DNA from: Candidatus Woesearchaeota archaeon
GTDB lineage: Archaea > Nanobdellota > Nanobdellia > SCGC-AAA011-G17 > UBA489
Direction: 5' to 3'
Assembly (NCBI GenBank): GCA_964622835.1
Contig: CAZUSA010000001.1
Span: 50,831 to 114,830 of the forward strand
Length of the DNA: 64,000 nt
Below the pieces are notes generated by a model. That model ran no database searches. It was not told the origin of the DNA and was given only the letters and a program-made list of their open reading frames with translations. The position numbers were made by a program, and so were the translations under genes. This document shows, piece by piece, positions 26,065 to 36,262 of the stretch. Numbering within the stretch: the stretch's first letter is position 1; each line of letters begins with the position of its first letter.

Positions 26065-29000
26065 TTAGGTGACCCCCGGATACCAAATGGTTATATTTAA
26101 TGTTATATTTTTATCACCTTCAGGTTCTCCTGTAGGCACAGTAACGTTAACATGAATGGTTGCTTCATCATTACCTTCCATGTATTCAAAGCGTTCAATG
26201 ACAATGAGTTGTGCATCTTCTGCAGGCAATGCTGTATATACTAATAACGAATTGTCTTCATCATACGCATCATTGCTTTCTGTACCATTAGCAACTTTAA
26301 AGCTAAAGTAAGCAAGATCTGTTGCACTGACTGAATCCCATAATCCCGTTGCACCACCAGTAAAGTTAAGGGTGACACGTGCATTCCCTGTATTTTCTAA
26401 GTATAAAGGACATGCTCCTGGTCCGGAACCACCTATAGTACATGCTTCTGTTGTGTTAAATTGACTTTCGAGTACACGTCCAAAAGCAACGGTGTTATTT
26501 AACAATGTTATTCCTGCTTCAACAAGGAAGTTTACAATGGTTCTATTGACGGTGCTTTGACCATAGTGGACGGAAGCATTTTCATAGGGATCACCTGCTT
26601 GAACAAACCATTCATAGTGGTAGTTGTCATCACTAAAGTAGACAGATTCATTTTCAAAGGTGTATGTACAGTTGTCTTCAAGATCAAAAATGCCATTACT
26701 ATTTGTGTCACAGTTGGTTATGTTTTCTCGTACTTGGAAGGCAAAGTGTTTGTCACACGACCCACCAGAATCATTGACACAAGTCATATTCAAGTAATAG
26801 GTCACATTATCTCCATCAACATCCGAGTGGTTGCCATCACAGAAGAAGACACCACACCCTGCATCTTCTGGTGGTAATTGTCCATATGTATTATCTGGTT
26901 TCCAAATAAACGTGAAGTTAACAGTATCTGTATCATTGATAGGATAGGTTAATGTAGGATAGTGGGGTATATAATTTTCAATAGTTGTATTGACAGATTC
27001 GTTTGCTAGTGATGCTGTACTTGCATTGTCTAAGACAGTAACATTACAACTCCAATTATCAAAGTGTGCTGTATTAAACGATGGTAGTATATCACTTCCA
27101 ACAAGTGATGCTCCTGTTGCTGCTGTGACCGTTGTTGTTGTTTGTACTTCATCTTCTTTACGGAAGGTTACATGAGCGGTTACTTCAGCGTCAAGATCGT
27201 CAATGACAACAAAGCTACAGTTAAGGTCTGCTGTAGTATTTGTTAAATTTGCTGCTGTTGGTGAAATAGTAATATTTGTAACAACAGGTTGTCGATCTAC
27301 TCTAAAGAGGAATGTTCCATTGACATCACTATTGTTAGCACTGTCAGTTACATTAACATTCCAGTAATACGTTCCTGATCGTAGTCGATAACTATCATTG
27401 ATGTCATCTGCAGTAAAGCTCCTATTGTAGATAGCAACTTCATCAATGTATCCTTGCCATCCTTGAACAAAATTGTTAGTAGGGTCACGTGAGTTCCCCA
27501 CAATCAAAGCATTACCTGTACCAATGGTTGAAAGAGTGCCTTCTTGTTCTAAGTTTCCATTTTTGTATATTGCAACACCCCCTGTAGTATTAACAACAAC
27601 ACCAATATGAACCCATTCTCCCGCCGTAAAAAAGCTTGAAACAGTTATGATTTCTGCATTGCCATAAATTTCAAGCGCAGCACTATTTTTCTTAAGAGCA
27701 AACCCAACATTAGTTGCACCATTATGTGTTGCAAGCAGACCTTCAGAACCACTTGTATCATCAGGATTCACCCACATAAGATAGGTAAAGTTATCTTTAC
27801 CTATTAAGGCAGCATTTCCTGTTCCAAAATCAACATATTCATCATCAGTCCCCTCGCCCTTGTAAGCACCTGCAAGTTTTCCTTCATTTTTAACAACTTT
27901 TGCAGAACCAAGAACAGTACCATTTTTAGATCCATTGGCAAAGTTGTAAGCATTCGTTGCGTTACTGAAGTCACTATTTTCATCAAAGTGTGCTAACAGT
28001 CTTGTTACATCATCTTCAAGATCGAGTAACGGTGCAGTGATGTTATAGGCTGATTGTGAATTGTTTGGCACACTTGTGTTGTAAAAGACTAAGTCATCGG
28101 TTGCAATTGCTGTACTTACTGTTCCATTGGTAGCATATATGCGTACTTCAAGGCCATCACCTTCAGGATCCACAACAGATGCATTAAGCAGTATTGGTCC
28201 AACTTCTGTAAAGTTAGAATTATTTACTGGTTCTATAAGTTCTGTTACTTGCGGTCCATTACCACCAATAAGGAATTCCCAGGTAGGTGTATTGTTAAAA
28301 TTATCACTTCCTGCAGCAGCTGAATCATTTGCTTCTGCAAACCAGTAGTGTTGTCCATTATCTAAGTCGAGATAATTAACTATTTCTGCTTCTGTTAGTG
28401 ATCGATTAATAACATATACTTCATCCATGCCCCCTCCCCACCAGTTTCCTCCTTCACGTTCAAGTTTTCCAATGACAAAGTCTTCTTGTGAACTAGCATC
28501 AGTAATATCCGAATAGGTGTTCACTTCTTGAAAGACACCATTTCTGTACAAACGAAGGGTTTTATTATCATATTGAACAAGAGCCAGATGAACCCATTCT
28601 CCTACGGTAAAGAAATCTGCTGTATTGAGGGTTGCAACATTCCCATCTGTTCCTACAGCAAGTGCTGCAGCATTTCGATAGATAACAAGACCGACAGTAA
28701 AACTATTTGACCAACCTCCCATAACAACCCCTTGACCAGCAGCTACAGAATTAGTGCGAACCCATGCCATGTATGTTGCATTTCGTGTTTTGTAACATTC
28801 AAAGTCGCAATCATCAACTAAAATAAATTCATTATTACCATTTAATTCAACATTCCCCCCAAGGATTGCATTACTGAAATTAATAGTTACTAACGATTCA
28901 TTGATTGTTCCATTATAATTTTCCGCCCAGTCTTTAATACGACTAAGATTTTCTCCATGATCTTCTCGCATATCAAAGTGGTATCCAAAGATCATATCAC

Positions 29001-32000
29001 TATCCACATCAAACGGATAGTATGTCCAATTGTAGTAGATGGTACTGCCATTAGTTACATTACCTTTGTAGAGAAGGTCATCTTCTCCCGGAACGCCTGT
29101 ACGGTTACCAAATATAGTTACAGTTACATTATCACGCGGATTTGTATCATCAGTAACGTTTACTTCTAAGGTAACATTTGTTGTACCTACGGCAAAGACA
29201 GTGAGATTAACAGGTGTTTGGAGATCGATATTTGGTACTGAATTTAATGTTGCTGCTGAGGTTGGCCATTCTACAACTTCAACTCTGTATGTTCGTGTTT
29301 GTCCAGTATCGCTAACCATAATTTGATATTCTGATGTTGTTACCAACATAAGGCCTATGGTGTATCTTAGGAAAGAGGTACCTGTTCCTGTTGAATAACT
29401 TGACCCAAAAATAGAAGAAACAGTAAGATCATCGAGTGTTTTTCCAATGGAAGCATTAAGATATATTGGTTCTGTTCCGCCACTTTGTGTTCCTGATGAC
29501 CGGGTAACAATTGCAGGCGTCCCATCTGTTTGTGTATTTTCAATGATATAGGCGACAGCTGTTGTTGTGGCGGCAATAGCTGAACCACCATCCACCAAAA
29601 AGGTTAAGGTATTATCAGCAGAAAAATAAACTACATGTCCTTGCTGATTAATATTATCTTGGATATTACCCATACTTTTTTGTACATGAATAAATGTTTT
29701 AGCCAAATCATTACCTAAACCTGTAGTTTCATTTTCATGCACACCTGCAGTAGTATACCCGTGTTGTACACGTTCTACATCCCAGTTATCACCTGTAAAT
29801 TCAACCACTGCGAAACTAAGTCTATTCGCATCACTGCCATGTTCACCCCGAGTAAATCTTGTGACATTTAATTGGGATGTAAATTCGTTTGTTATAAATG
29901 CATGAGTGTTATAGTCTGTTCTACCTGTGTCCCTATTTCCTTGTCCTGTAATGAACGGTACGATTTGTGAGTGATTTACATAGTTACTAATATCAGCAGT
30001 ATCCACGAACATGGTTGTTGATCCAAAGTCCAGGGTGTTTCTTGCTCTCACTATTATTTCATTATCTCCACCAATAGGTCCTATATATTCTATAATTTCC
30101 CAGTTAACATAGGCACTTGTAGCTGCTCCAAATCGCGAGAAAGTTACGTTTTCTGTGAGGTTGTTTGCGCCATCATGAAAAATATAAACAGCCACATCAT
30201 CAGCATTTGCCAGACCTCCAGTAATATTATCTCCTGAACTTACATGGTTGGTATTGGTTATTCTAATAAAGGCGTAGGAATTATTTGCAGGTGCATCATA
30301 GTCTGTGCCTGCATGAAGGGTGTGGTTAGTAACCCCTGTAATAGAAAAATCTCCTCGTTGTATTTTGAAGTCTGTTGCTGAGTTGTATGCATAAGCAGTA
30401 TTACTGCCAAAGTCAAATTTGAGTGTGTGTTTTCCTGGTTGGAGTACTTGACTTACTTCTTGTGATTCTGCACCACATTGGTAATTTTCAATCACAACAC
30501 TGCCATCTATCCATTCGTATTCTTTAACATTATCACCACAAATAATTTGTAAGAATTTGAGTTGTTCTGTCGTCCCATAGGGTAACCATGTTGTTCCATC
30601 TACAGCTGTTATATGGAGATCTGCTTGTCCTGTTGTTTGGAATTTAACAACCCAGTTCCCACTGACTTTAGGATATGATTGTACAGTAATGATCGTTAAG
30701 CCTACGTGGAATGTTTTGTTAACTTCTGGTGAAAGTGATGTTGTCCATGTTATGGTGTCAATACGGCCATTACCATTGGTATCTAATGGCGTGTAGGGGT
30801 ATGATTGTGCTGTACCATTTTCATCAACACCATAGGTGAGACTAATATCTTCTGGTAAGAGTTCTGGTACGCCTGTGCTTACAAGGACTGCATCAAAGGA
30901 CTCTGGTGTTGTAACCATGATTTCTTTCCCATAAGAATCGGGTATTTCTTGTGTTGTTGGCCCAGGTAAGTCATAAGATACAAAAGCTTCTGTAACTTCA
31001 TTTTCAATGATGATTGTTTGTTCTGTTCCTTCAGGTAATGGTATATCTTCAACGGGTTCTTCTGTTCCATTAAGAGTTGTATTGGTTTCATTAAGCAAAT
31101 CAACACCAAGAGGTTCTCCAGTAAGTGTATCAACAGCAAGTCCTGTAATGGAACTATCTGTAAGGGCAGCTACTGCTTGTTCAATAAAAGATTGTTCTTC
31201 AACAACAAGGGTATCAAGACGACGATAGCGATTATCTGCAAGAAGTTGTTTTGCTTGTGTTGATTGTTTTTCTTCATATAATATACTGGTGACATTAATG
31301 TTTGTTGCTTCTGGCGGTAATATAACAACAGCATCTGTTGTTGGTATATCAAAGGTAACATGGTTTGTCCATCGTACAGGTTTGTTTGTTTCAACGATGT
31401 CATATGTTACACTACTGTTCGCAGTACCCTTTGTTATGTTACGTTCAACAACACCTTCAATAAACGTATCATCAACGGTAAGTAACAGTGATTGATCATG
31501 GAGGTCAATAAGTGATAAACCATAGTTTAGTTCGGGATGACTTGTTGTTTCAACAGTTACTTGTTCTAATGAAAGGATGGCATCTTTAACGTAGACTTTG
31601 AGGGTAAAGTCTGTTCCAAGCGTATCACGAAGGTTACATGCATCTCCACAGAGTGATGTAAATGATGCAATGCTCATATTGGTAATATTTTGTGTTGTCA
31701 TAAAATCAATGAGTGGATCATACGGCACGTCTTCTACAACAGCTTCTTCTTTTATGACTTCAATTATTTCTTCAAGTGGTTCTTCTGGATCAAAGATACC
31801 TTCTGCAAATGCCATGACAGAACTCGTAATATTTTGTGTGTAATTAACCGTACCATTGAGTGCTGCTGTATAGGCCCATTGGCCAAGACAAATACCCACT
31901 TCAATATCCCAGAATGTACAGCGGTAGAGATAGTCACTTTGTGTAGGTGCTGTAAAGGTTAATGAGGTATTTGTACTATTGTATGCACTAATATCAAATC

Positions 32001-32910
32001 CAAAGACGTTAGTAAAACTTACATTATCTGGTTCTATGAGGCCTGCAGAGGAGTATTCTTGATAGACTATCCAACGTTTGTCTGTGGTAGGAACGTGGAT
32101 TGTTTCGATAAATGATTGGTTAAAGTGTATGTCTGTCGTTTCATTATATTCAAAGACTTTGAACAGATGGGAACGTCCAAGAATATCAACAATGCGTCTC
32201 CCTTTGAGAAGTCCTTGAGAAAGTAATGTGGAATAGTATTCTATTTCTTCTTCAATAATTGTTTCTTCATCTGTTATATTCACTATTTCACCAACGGCTA
32301 ATCCACTCACTGCTTTGAAGAAGGTTGAAATATCTACATCAAGTGCATCGCTATCAAATAATAAGAATGTATCTTTAGATGCATCATCTGTTAAGAATAA
32401 TTTTACGTTACCTCCCTGTTGTGATGCGACACGTCCACTAATACTGAGACTTTCTAACGAGGTTATACCACTTACTTCAAGATAGTATTCTGTACTTTTT
32501 GTAATGATTGTTTGAAGTGGATGTTCATGAATGACAACGACTTCTTCTTCTTCTTGGAGAATAACATTTCCTGTTACAAGGTTTCTTGAATTTGGAAAGC
32601 TATCATAGGTTGCTGAGAAGATACTAATAAAAACAAAGAAGAAAAACAATGTCATAATGATTCGATCGTTTCTCGTAACTGTACGCGAAAAATGATGACG
32701 TCGTCGGACAAGTGCGTGTTTAACGGTTGCACTACTCCGTTGTGGAACAGGTGTTGTTTGGTGTTTTCGTAGAAGAGCACGTTTCTTTTTTGCTGCTGTT
32801 GGTGTGCGTCCAAGATACACAGTGCGAACTTTACCACCAGGTAGTCGAATACTATCGTAGTAATATGGTCCTACTTTTTTTCCGTTCTTTGTAATGTACT
32901 TTGTGTACAA
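26065..32910 (-). CDS. Giant (2281 aa) surface protein: basic N-terminal tail, one TM helix, large extracellular region with two LamG (concanavalin-A-like) domains and Cys-rich C-terminal modules, with many N-glycosylation sequons
   Basis: Uninterrupted 6.8-kb ORF. TM IIMTLFFFFVFISIF. LamG_3-like blocks at about aa 1340-1520 and 1690-1840, each ending in DEV-x-(I/V)-x-NRS(L/F)T. Cys-rich GCGVFFCDG...CVNDSGGSCD near the C-terminus. Confidence 0.7.
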   Translation of the reverse strand: MYTKYITKNGKKVGPYYYDSIRLPGGKVRTVYLGRTPTAAKKKRALLRKHQTTPVPQRSSATVKHALVRRRHHFSRTVTRNDRIIMTLFFFFVFISIFSATYDSFPNSRNLVTGNVILQEEEEVVVIHEHPLQTIITKSTEYYLEVSGITSLESLSISGRVASQQGGNVKLFLTDDASKDTFLLFDSDALDVDISTFFKAVSGLAVGEIVNITDEETIIEEEIEYYSTLLSQGLLKGRRIVDILGRSHLFKVFEYNETTDIHFNQSFIETIHVPTTDKRWIVYQEYSSAGLIEPDNVSFTNVFGFDISAYNSTNTSLTFTAPTQSDYLYRCTFWDIEVGICLGQWAYTAALNGTVNYTQNITSSVMAFAEGIFDPEEPLEEIIEVIKEEAVVEDVPYDPLIDFMTTQNITNMSIASFTSLCGDACNLRDTLGTDFTLKVYVKDAILSLEQVTVETTSHPELNYGLSLIDLHDQSLLLTVDDTFIEGVVERNITKGTANSSVTYDIVETNKPVRWTNHVTFDIPTTDAVVILPPEATNINVTSILYEEKQSTQAKQLLADNRYRRLDTLVVEEQSFIEQAVAALTDSSITGLAVDTLTGEPLGVDLLNETNTTLNGTEEPVEDIPLPEGTEQTIIIENEVTEAFVSYDLPGPTTQEIPDSYGKEIMVTTPESFDAVLVSTGVPELLPEDISLTYGVDENGTAQSYPYTPLDTNGNGRIDTITWTTSLSPEVNKTFHVGLTIITVQSYPKVSGNWVVKFQTTGQADLHITAVDGTTWLPYGTTEQLKFLQIICGDNVKEYEWIDGSVVIENYQCGAESQEVSQVLQPGKHTLKFDFGSNTAYAYNSATDFKIQRGDFSITGVTNHTLHAGTDYDAPANNSYAFIRITNTNHVSSGDNITGGLANADDVAVYIFHDGANNLTENVTFSRFGAATSAYVNWEIIEYIGPIGGDNEIIVRARNTLDFGSTTMFVDTADISNYVNHSQIVPFITGQGNRDTGRTDYNTHAFITNEFTSQLNVTRFTRGEHGSDANRLSFAVVEFTGDNWDVERVQHGYTTAGVHENETTGLGNDLAKTFIHVQKSMGNIQDNINQQGHVVYFSADNTLTFLVDGGSAIAATTTAVAYIIENTQTDGTPAIVTRSSGTQSGGTEPIYLNASIGKTLDDLTVSSIFGSSYSTGTGTSFLRYTIGLMLVTTSEYQIMVSDTGQTRTYRVEVVEWPTSAATLNSVPNIDLQTPVNLTVFAVGTTNVTLEVNVTDDTNPRDNVTVTIFGNRTGVPGEDDLLYKGNVTNGSTIYYNWTYYPFDVDSDMIFGYHFDMREDHGENLSRIKDWAENYNGTINESLVTINFSNAILGGNVELNGNNEFILVDDCDFECYKTRNATYMAWVRTNSVAAGQGVVMGGWSNSFTVGLVIYRNAAALAVGTDGNVATLNTADFFTVGEWVHLALVQYDNKTLRLYRNGVFQEVNTYSDITDASSQEDFVIGKLEREGGNWWGGGMDEVYVINRSLTEAEIVNYLDLDNGQHYWFAEANDSAAAGSDNFNNTPTWEFLIGGNGPQVTELIEPVNNSNFTEVGPILLNASVVDPEGDGLEVRIYATNGTVSTAIATDDLVFYNTSVPNNSQSAYNITAPLLDLEDDVTRLLAHFDENSDFSNATNAYNFANGSKNGTVLGSAKVVKNEGKLAGAYKGEGTDDEYVDFGTGNAALIGKDNFTYLMWVNPDDTSGSEGLLATHNGATNVGFALKKNSAALEIYGNAEIITVSSFFTAGEWVHIGVVVNTTGGVAIYKNGNLEQEGTLSTIGTGNALIVGNSRDPTNNFVQGWQGYIDEVAIYNRSFTADDINDSYRLRSGTYYWNVNVTDSANNSDVNGTFLFRVDRQPVVTNITISPTAANLTNTTADLNCSFVVIDDLDAEVTAHVTFRKEDEVQTTTTVTAATGASLVGSDILPSFNTAHFDNWSCNVTVLDNASTASLANESVNTTIENYIPHYPTLTYPINDTDTVNFTFIWKPDNTYGQLPPEDAGCGVFFCDGNHSDVDGDNVTYYLNMTCVNDSGGSCDKHFAFQVRENITNCDTNSNGIFDLEDNCTYTFENESVYFSDDNYHYEWFVQAGDPYENASVHYGQSTVNRTIVNFLVEAGITLLNNTVAFGRVLESQFNTTEACTIGGSGPGACPLYLENTGNARVTLNFTGGATGLWDSVSATDLAYFSFKVANGTESNDAYDEDNSLLVYTALPAEDAQLIVIERFEYMEGNDEATIHVNVTVPTGEPEGDKNITLNITIWYPGVT
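27391..27843 (-). repeat. LamG-like domain repeat 2 inside giant surface protein (about aa 1690-1840)
   Basis: NFTYLMWVNPDDTSGSEG...GEWVHIGVVVNTTGGVAIYKNG...IDEVAIYNRSFTADDINDSY. Parallel in sequence to repeat 1. Confidence 0.5.
28351..28893 (-). repeat. LamG-like domain repeat 1 inside giant surface protein (about aa 1340-1520)
   Basis: FECYKTRNATYMAWVRTNS...GEWVHLALVQYDNKTLRLYRNG...MDEVYVINRSLTEAEIVNY. Confidence 0.5.
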
Positions 32911-33003
32911 ACGGTCACCCCGATGTTAGAAATGGTAATTCCCCAATAGTGTGTGGTTGCACTACGGTCTTATAAAAGTTATGGTACTCTAAAAAAGGGT
33001 GAT

Positions 33004-34548
33004 TTACGCTTCAAGAAGGTAAGTAAGATGAACATCACCATTACCAGACCCACTATTAGGAACTGCACGGACATATTCTAACAGGGCACTGTCTTTACCA
33101 TTAAGGGTTATACGGAAATATCCTGGAGTTTTTGTTCCAATTATTTGTGTACTAAAGCTTGGTATGTTGTATGGTGGCCAGGTCATTTCAGCAGGGTAGG
33201 GAGGAATACCAATCCATCCAGCACCAATACCAGAAGTACCACCAATAACATGTAACGTCGTCATATCACCTTGAGCATTGAGTTTTTCTCCAATACTTGC
33301 AACATGGTCGTTACCACTGAAGAATATTTGTGCACCATAATCTATCATCATTTGTTCTATGATGGCTTGTTCTCCCTTGTAAATACCACGTGGTGTATTA
33401 TCGTCTGTTGCTTTGATAGATCCCCTACCTTTGTAGAAGTTGGAACTTGTTGATCCCTGTTCACCGCCAACTAAGTGTTCTGCAAAGATGAATTTCCATT
33501 GTTTATTTGAACGAGCAAGTGTTTGATTAAGCCATGCTAATTGTGCAGGACCAAGTGTCCAATCATCTGCAACAGTTGGACTAGTAAGTGTATTTCTCAT
33601 GACATCAATAACAACAACCTGTAAGTCTCCTACTTCAAAGGAATAATATCGTCCTTCATCTTCCCCACCATTATAGACGTCAACAGCATTAACAAGATGA
33701 TTTAATCGTGCGTTTTTTCCCCAGAGAAGTTTATTGCCACCATAACCAGCTTCACCTTCATGATCACCAAGAACATAAACCATAGGTGTTTCTTTAAATA
33801 AATTACCAAGAACTGCAGGTGAAAAGATTTGGTCATAATGTAAATCTGCATCTTTCTGCGAACTTGCACCAGCAGAAGATACATTTTCTCCATGAACAGT
33901 ACATGCAGGGCAGCCATTTGGTGTACAGGTTATCATTGCCCAGTCACCACCAAGAACAACAAACGAAAGATCATCACTAATCATATTTGCTATATTTGCT
34001 TGTAGTTTGGAAAGTTTTGTTGTATCAGTTCCACACGTTGCTGTCGCCCAAAGGGTGTATGCATGTGTATCAGGCACAAAACCAAAAGTAAACGTTGTGT
34101 CTTCTACGTGAGATAATGTTCTAAACGTGTGGATTTTACGAGCACCAAAGGCATTGTCATCAGGAGTTTTACAATGAACTTGATATTCATATTCCTGAGC
34201 AGATTTAAGACCTGTAAGTGTGAAGTGTAGGAGTGCATTACCTGTTGAAGATTGTACAGTTGTTTTTTGTTGTCGAAGATCGTTTGGAGATTTATAGGTT
34301 ACATAAAAATCACTTGCTTCAGCGGGAAGAAGTGTTAGTTCTACACTTGTTGGTGTTGGAAAAGATAAGATTTCTTCATTGTAAAAGGTAACATCACATT
34401 CACCAACAGGATCTGGTGCAAGACCTCTAATCATAACATCGTTACGAACAGTTGGAGGCCCACTCATTACAAGGACAGTGGTTACTAAGAATAAAAATAA
34501 TGCTGTTAAAATAAATCGTTCGCTTTTTTTCATGGTATACTCACTCAC
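33004..34548 (-). CDS. Extracellular calcineurin-like metallophosphoesterase (purple-acid-phosphatase-like) with N-terminal signal anchor and FN3-like domain
   Basis: Signal anchor FILTALFLFLVTTVLVMSG. Metallophosphatase motifs VVLGGDWA, YVLGDHEGE (GNHE-like), FFSGNDHV, HVIGGTSGIG. Confidence 0.6.
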   Translation of the reverse strand: MSEYTMKKSERFILTALFLFLVTTVLVMSGPPTVRNDVMIRGLAPDPVGECDVTFYNEEILSFPTPTSVELTLLPAEASDFYVTYKSPNDLRQQKTTVQSSTGNALLHFTLTGLKSAQEYEYQVHCKTPDDNAFGARKIHTFRTLSHVEDTTFTFGFVPDTHAYTLWATATCGTDTTKLSKLQANIANMISDDLSFVVLGGDWAMITCTPNGCPACTVHGENVSSAGASSQKDADLHYDQIFSPAVLGNLFKETPMVYVLGDHEGEAGYGGNKLLWGKNARLNHLVNAVDVYNGGEDEGRYYSFEVGDLQVVVIDVMRNTLTSPTVADDWTLGPAQLAWLNQTLARSNKQWKFIFAEHLVGGEQGSTSSNFYKGRGSIKATDDNTPRGIYKGEQAIIEQMMIDYGAQIFFSGNDHVASIGEKLNAQGDMTTLHVIGGTSGIGAGWIGIPPYPAEMTWPPYNIPSFSTQIIGTKTPGYFRITLNGKDSALLEYVRAVPNSGSGNGDVHLTYLLEA

Positions 34549-34631
34549 AGTCCAGAAGTGTTGTAAAGTAGTTTATAAAGATTTATCTAATAAAGAATAA
34601 AAAAAAGAGAAAAAGAGGGGTTACCTCTCTT

Positions 34632-35951
34632 TTATTTTGGGTAGTATTGGTAGTAGGTTTGACCTTCTAAGGTTGATGTTTCTTCATCGTCAGTGCTGTT
34701 TATTTTTCTAAACGCAATGATTAATGCCAAAACTACTAAGACAATTACTAAGATGCCGAAGATTACAGCAAGGACAGTTTTTAGACCTTCACTTGTTGAT
34801 GCTTCTTCTGCTTCACCAGTAACGCGTGTGGTAAATGTTAGTTCTTGAAGAACGTCTGTTCCTACCATGACACGTGCGACCCATGTGTGTGTTCCTGTTG
34901 ATTCTCCGTCAAATGGTGTAACGGAAATAGTTACTTCGCCTGTTGCGTCAGGTGTAATACTCAAGAAACTTGGTTGTACACTTGCTTCGCCCCATGCGGA
35001 AACGCCATCAACTTGAACAGAGTAAACGCCGATATCTTCGCCAAGGTTTGCGAGCATAACGTTGTAGTTAGCTGTTGCGCCTGGTGCGACAGATTTGGAG
35101 TTTGAGTCACTGTTTACAATCGTTTGCACTGCATTTGATGTTTCAGTTCCTTGAACATTTACGTTAAGGGATTGACTCAGGAAGCTGTATCCACGATTGT
35201 ATTCAACGTCAACACGTACTTCGTAGGTTCCTGTAGCTGCGTCGCTTGGGATCCGTAAGAGTAAGTCTATTTGTTGACTGTTGTCATTTTTAATATGATC
35301 TTCAGCATCTTCCTGTACTTCAGTATTTAGCTCATCAATGAAATTGACGGTGCTGATACCTAAGTCGGGAATAGATACGGTTACTTTGACGTCGTTTTCT
35401 TCTTTGTCACCAAGGTTTTCTAGACGTACAGTTGCAAATAAAGAGTTACCTGCTGCTATAGTGCTACTTGGGTTAAGAAGGACATCAAAGATGCTTAGAC
35501 CGTGACGTTGTTCATCAATATGAAGGGTTATTTCTTCGGTGAGTTCAGTATTTTTGTCTGAAAGCTCAATACGAAGTGTATAATCTTCTGATGCGTCAAT
35601 ATCTTCTGGAATAGTTAACGATAATGTTTTCTTGTATGTTTTACCAGCAACAATATCGAATTGTGAAGTTGTGTCGAATATACTTCCGTATTCGTATCCG
35701 TTGATACGTGCGGAAAGTACAACATCATCTGCACCTGTAGTATCTGCTACAATACGTGCTTCAATGGTGATTGTTTCACCACGTTGTACATCGAGTACAG
35801 TAATACCATCATCTACAATAAGATCATCGATCTCAATGCTGGCAAATTCTAGGTCACTTGCAGCAGCCTGTACTGGTACAGCCATGCTTAAAGCGCCGAA
35901 AAGTGCCACTAAGACGAATAATACTGCGTGTATTTGTCTTGTGTTATTCAT
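34632..35951 (-). CDS. S-layer-like surface protein (signal peptide, beta-sandwich repeats, C-terminal TM anchor)
   Basis: Signal HAVLFVLVALFGALSMAVPVQAAAS; C-terminal LKTVLAVIFGILVIVLVVLALIIAFRK. Confidence 0.5.
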   Translation of the reverse strand: MNNTRQIHAVLFVLVALFGALSMAVPVQAAASDLEFASIEIDDLIVDDGITVLDVQRGETITIEARIVADTTGADDVVLSARINGYEYGSIFDTTSQFDIVAGKTYKKTLSLTIPEDIDASEDYTLRIELSDKNTELTEEITLHIDEQRHGLSIFDVLLNPSSTIAAGNSLFATVRLENLGDKEENDVKVTVSIPDLGISTVNFIDELNTEVQEDAEDHIKNDNSQQIDLLLRIPSDAATGTYEVRVDVEYNRGYSFLSQSLNVNVQGTETSNAVQTIVNSDSNSKSVAPGATANYNVMLANLGEDIGVYSVQVDGVSAWGEASVQPSFLSITPDATGEVTISVTPFDGESTGTHTWVARVMVGTDVLQELTFTTRVTGEAEEASTSEGLKTVLAVIFGILVIVLVVLALIIAFRKINSTDDEETSTLEGQTYYQYYPK

Positions 35952-36139
35952 TTGTTTGTAACCCCCCTAAAAGGTTTGTATGTCAATTCCTCGAAAGAAA
36001 TTGTTACTATTGTCCGGTTAGAATCGCTATATAAACCTTTCGATGGTAAATACATATTCCGTCATTTAAGAATGGTAATACACGTTAGCGACAGTGCCTA
36101 CCAAACATAGAGACCCCACACCTAGGGATATTCCGAACC

Positions 36140-36147
36140 TTTTTAAA
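36140..36147 (+). promoter_or_regulatory. Archaeal TATA box (TTTTTAAA) about 29 nt upstream of tRNA-Trp
   Basis: A/T box at the expected distance from tRNA position 1 (36173). Confidence 0.35.
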
Positions 36148-36172
36148 GAATCCGCCTACAATTCAGAACGAA

Positions 36173-36246
36173 GGGGACATAGCATAATCTGGTTAGTGTT
36201 GCCGCCTCCAGAGCGGCGTGTCCAGGTTCAAATCCTGGTGTCCCCA
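36173..36246 (+). tRNA. tRNA-Trp (anticodon CCA), intron-less, no encoded CCA
   Basis: Acceptor GGGGACA/TGTCCCC, anticodon stem GCCGC/GCGGC with loop CTCCAGA, T-arm CCAGG-TTCAAAT-CCTGG. 74 nt. Confidence 0.8.
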
Positions 36247-36262
36247 GATATACTCTCAAAAA

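Noticed and set aside
26557-31962. Numerous 60-110-aa plus-strand ORFs inside the giant minus-strand surface-protein gene (for example 26557..26877, 28127..28348, 31690..31962)
   Set aside because: They are antisense to a long, clearly coding frame and low-complexity. They are typical shadow ORFs of AT-rich coding DNA.
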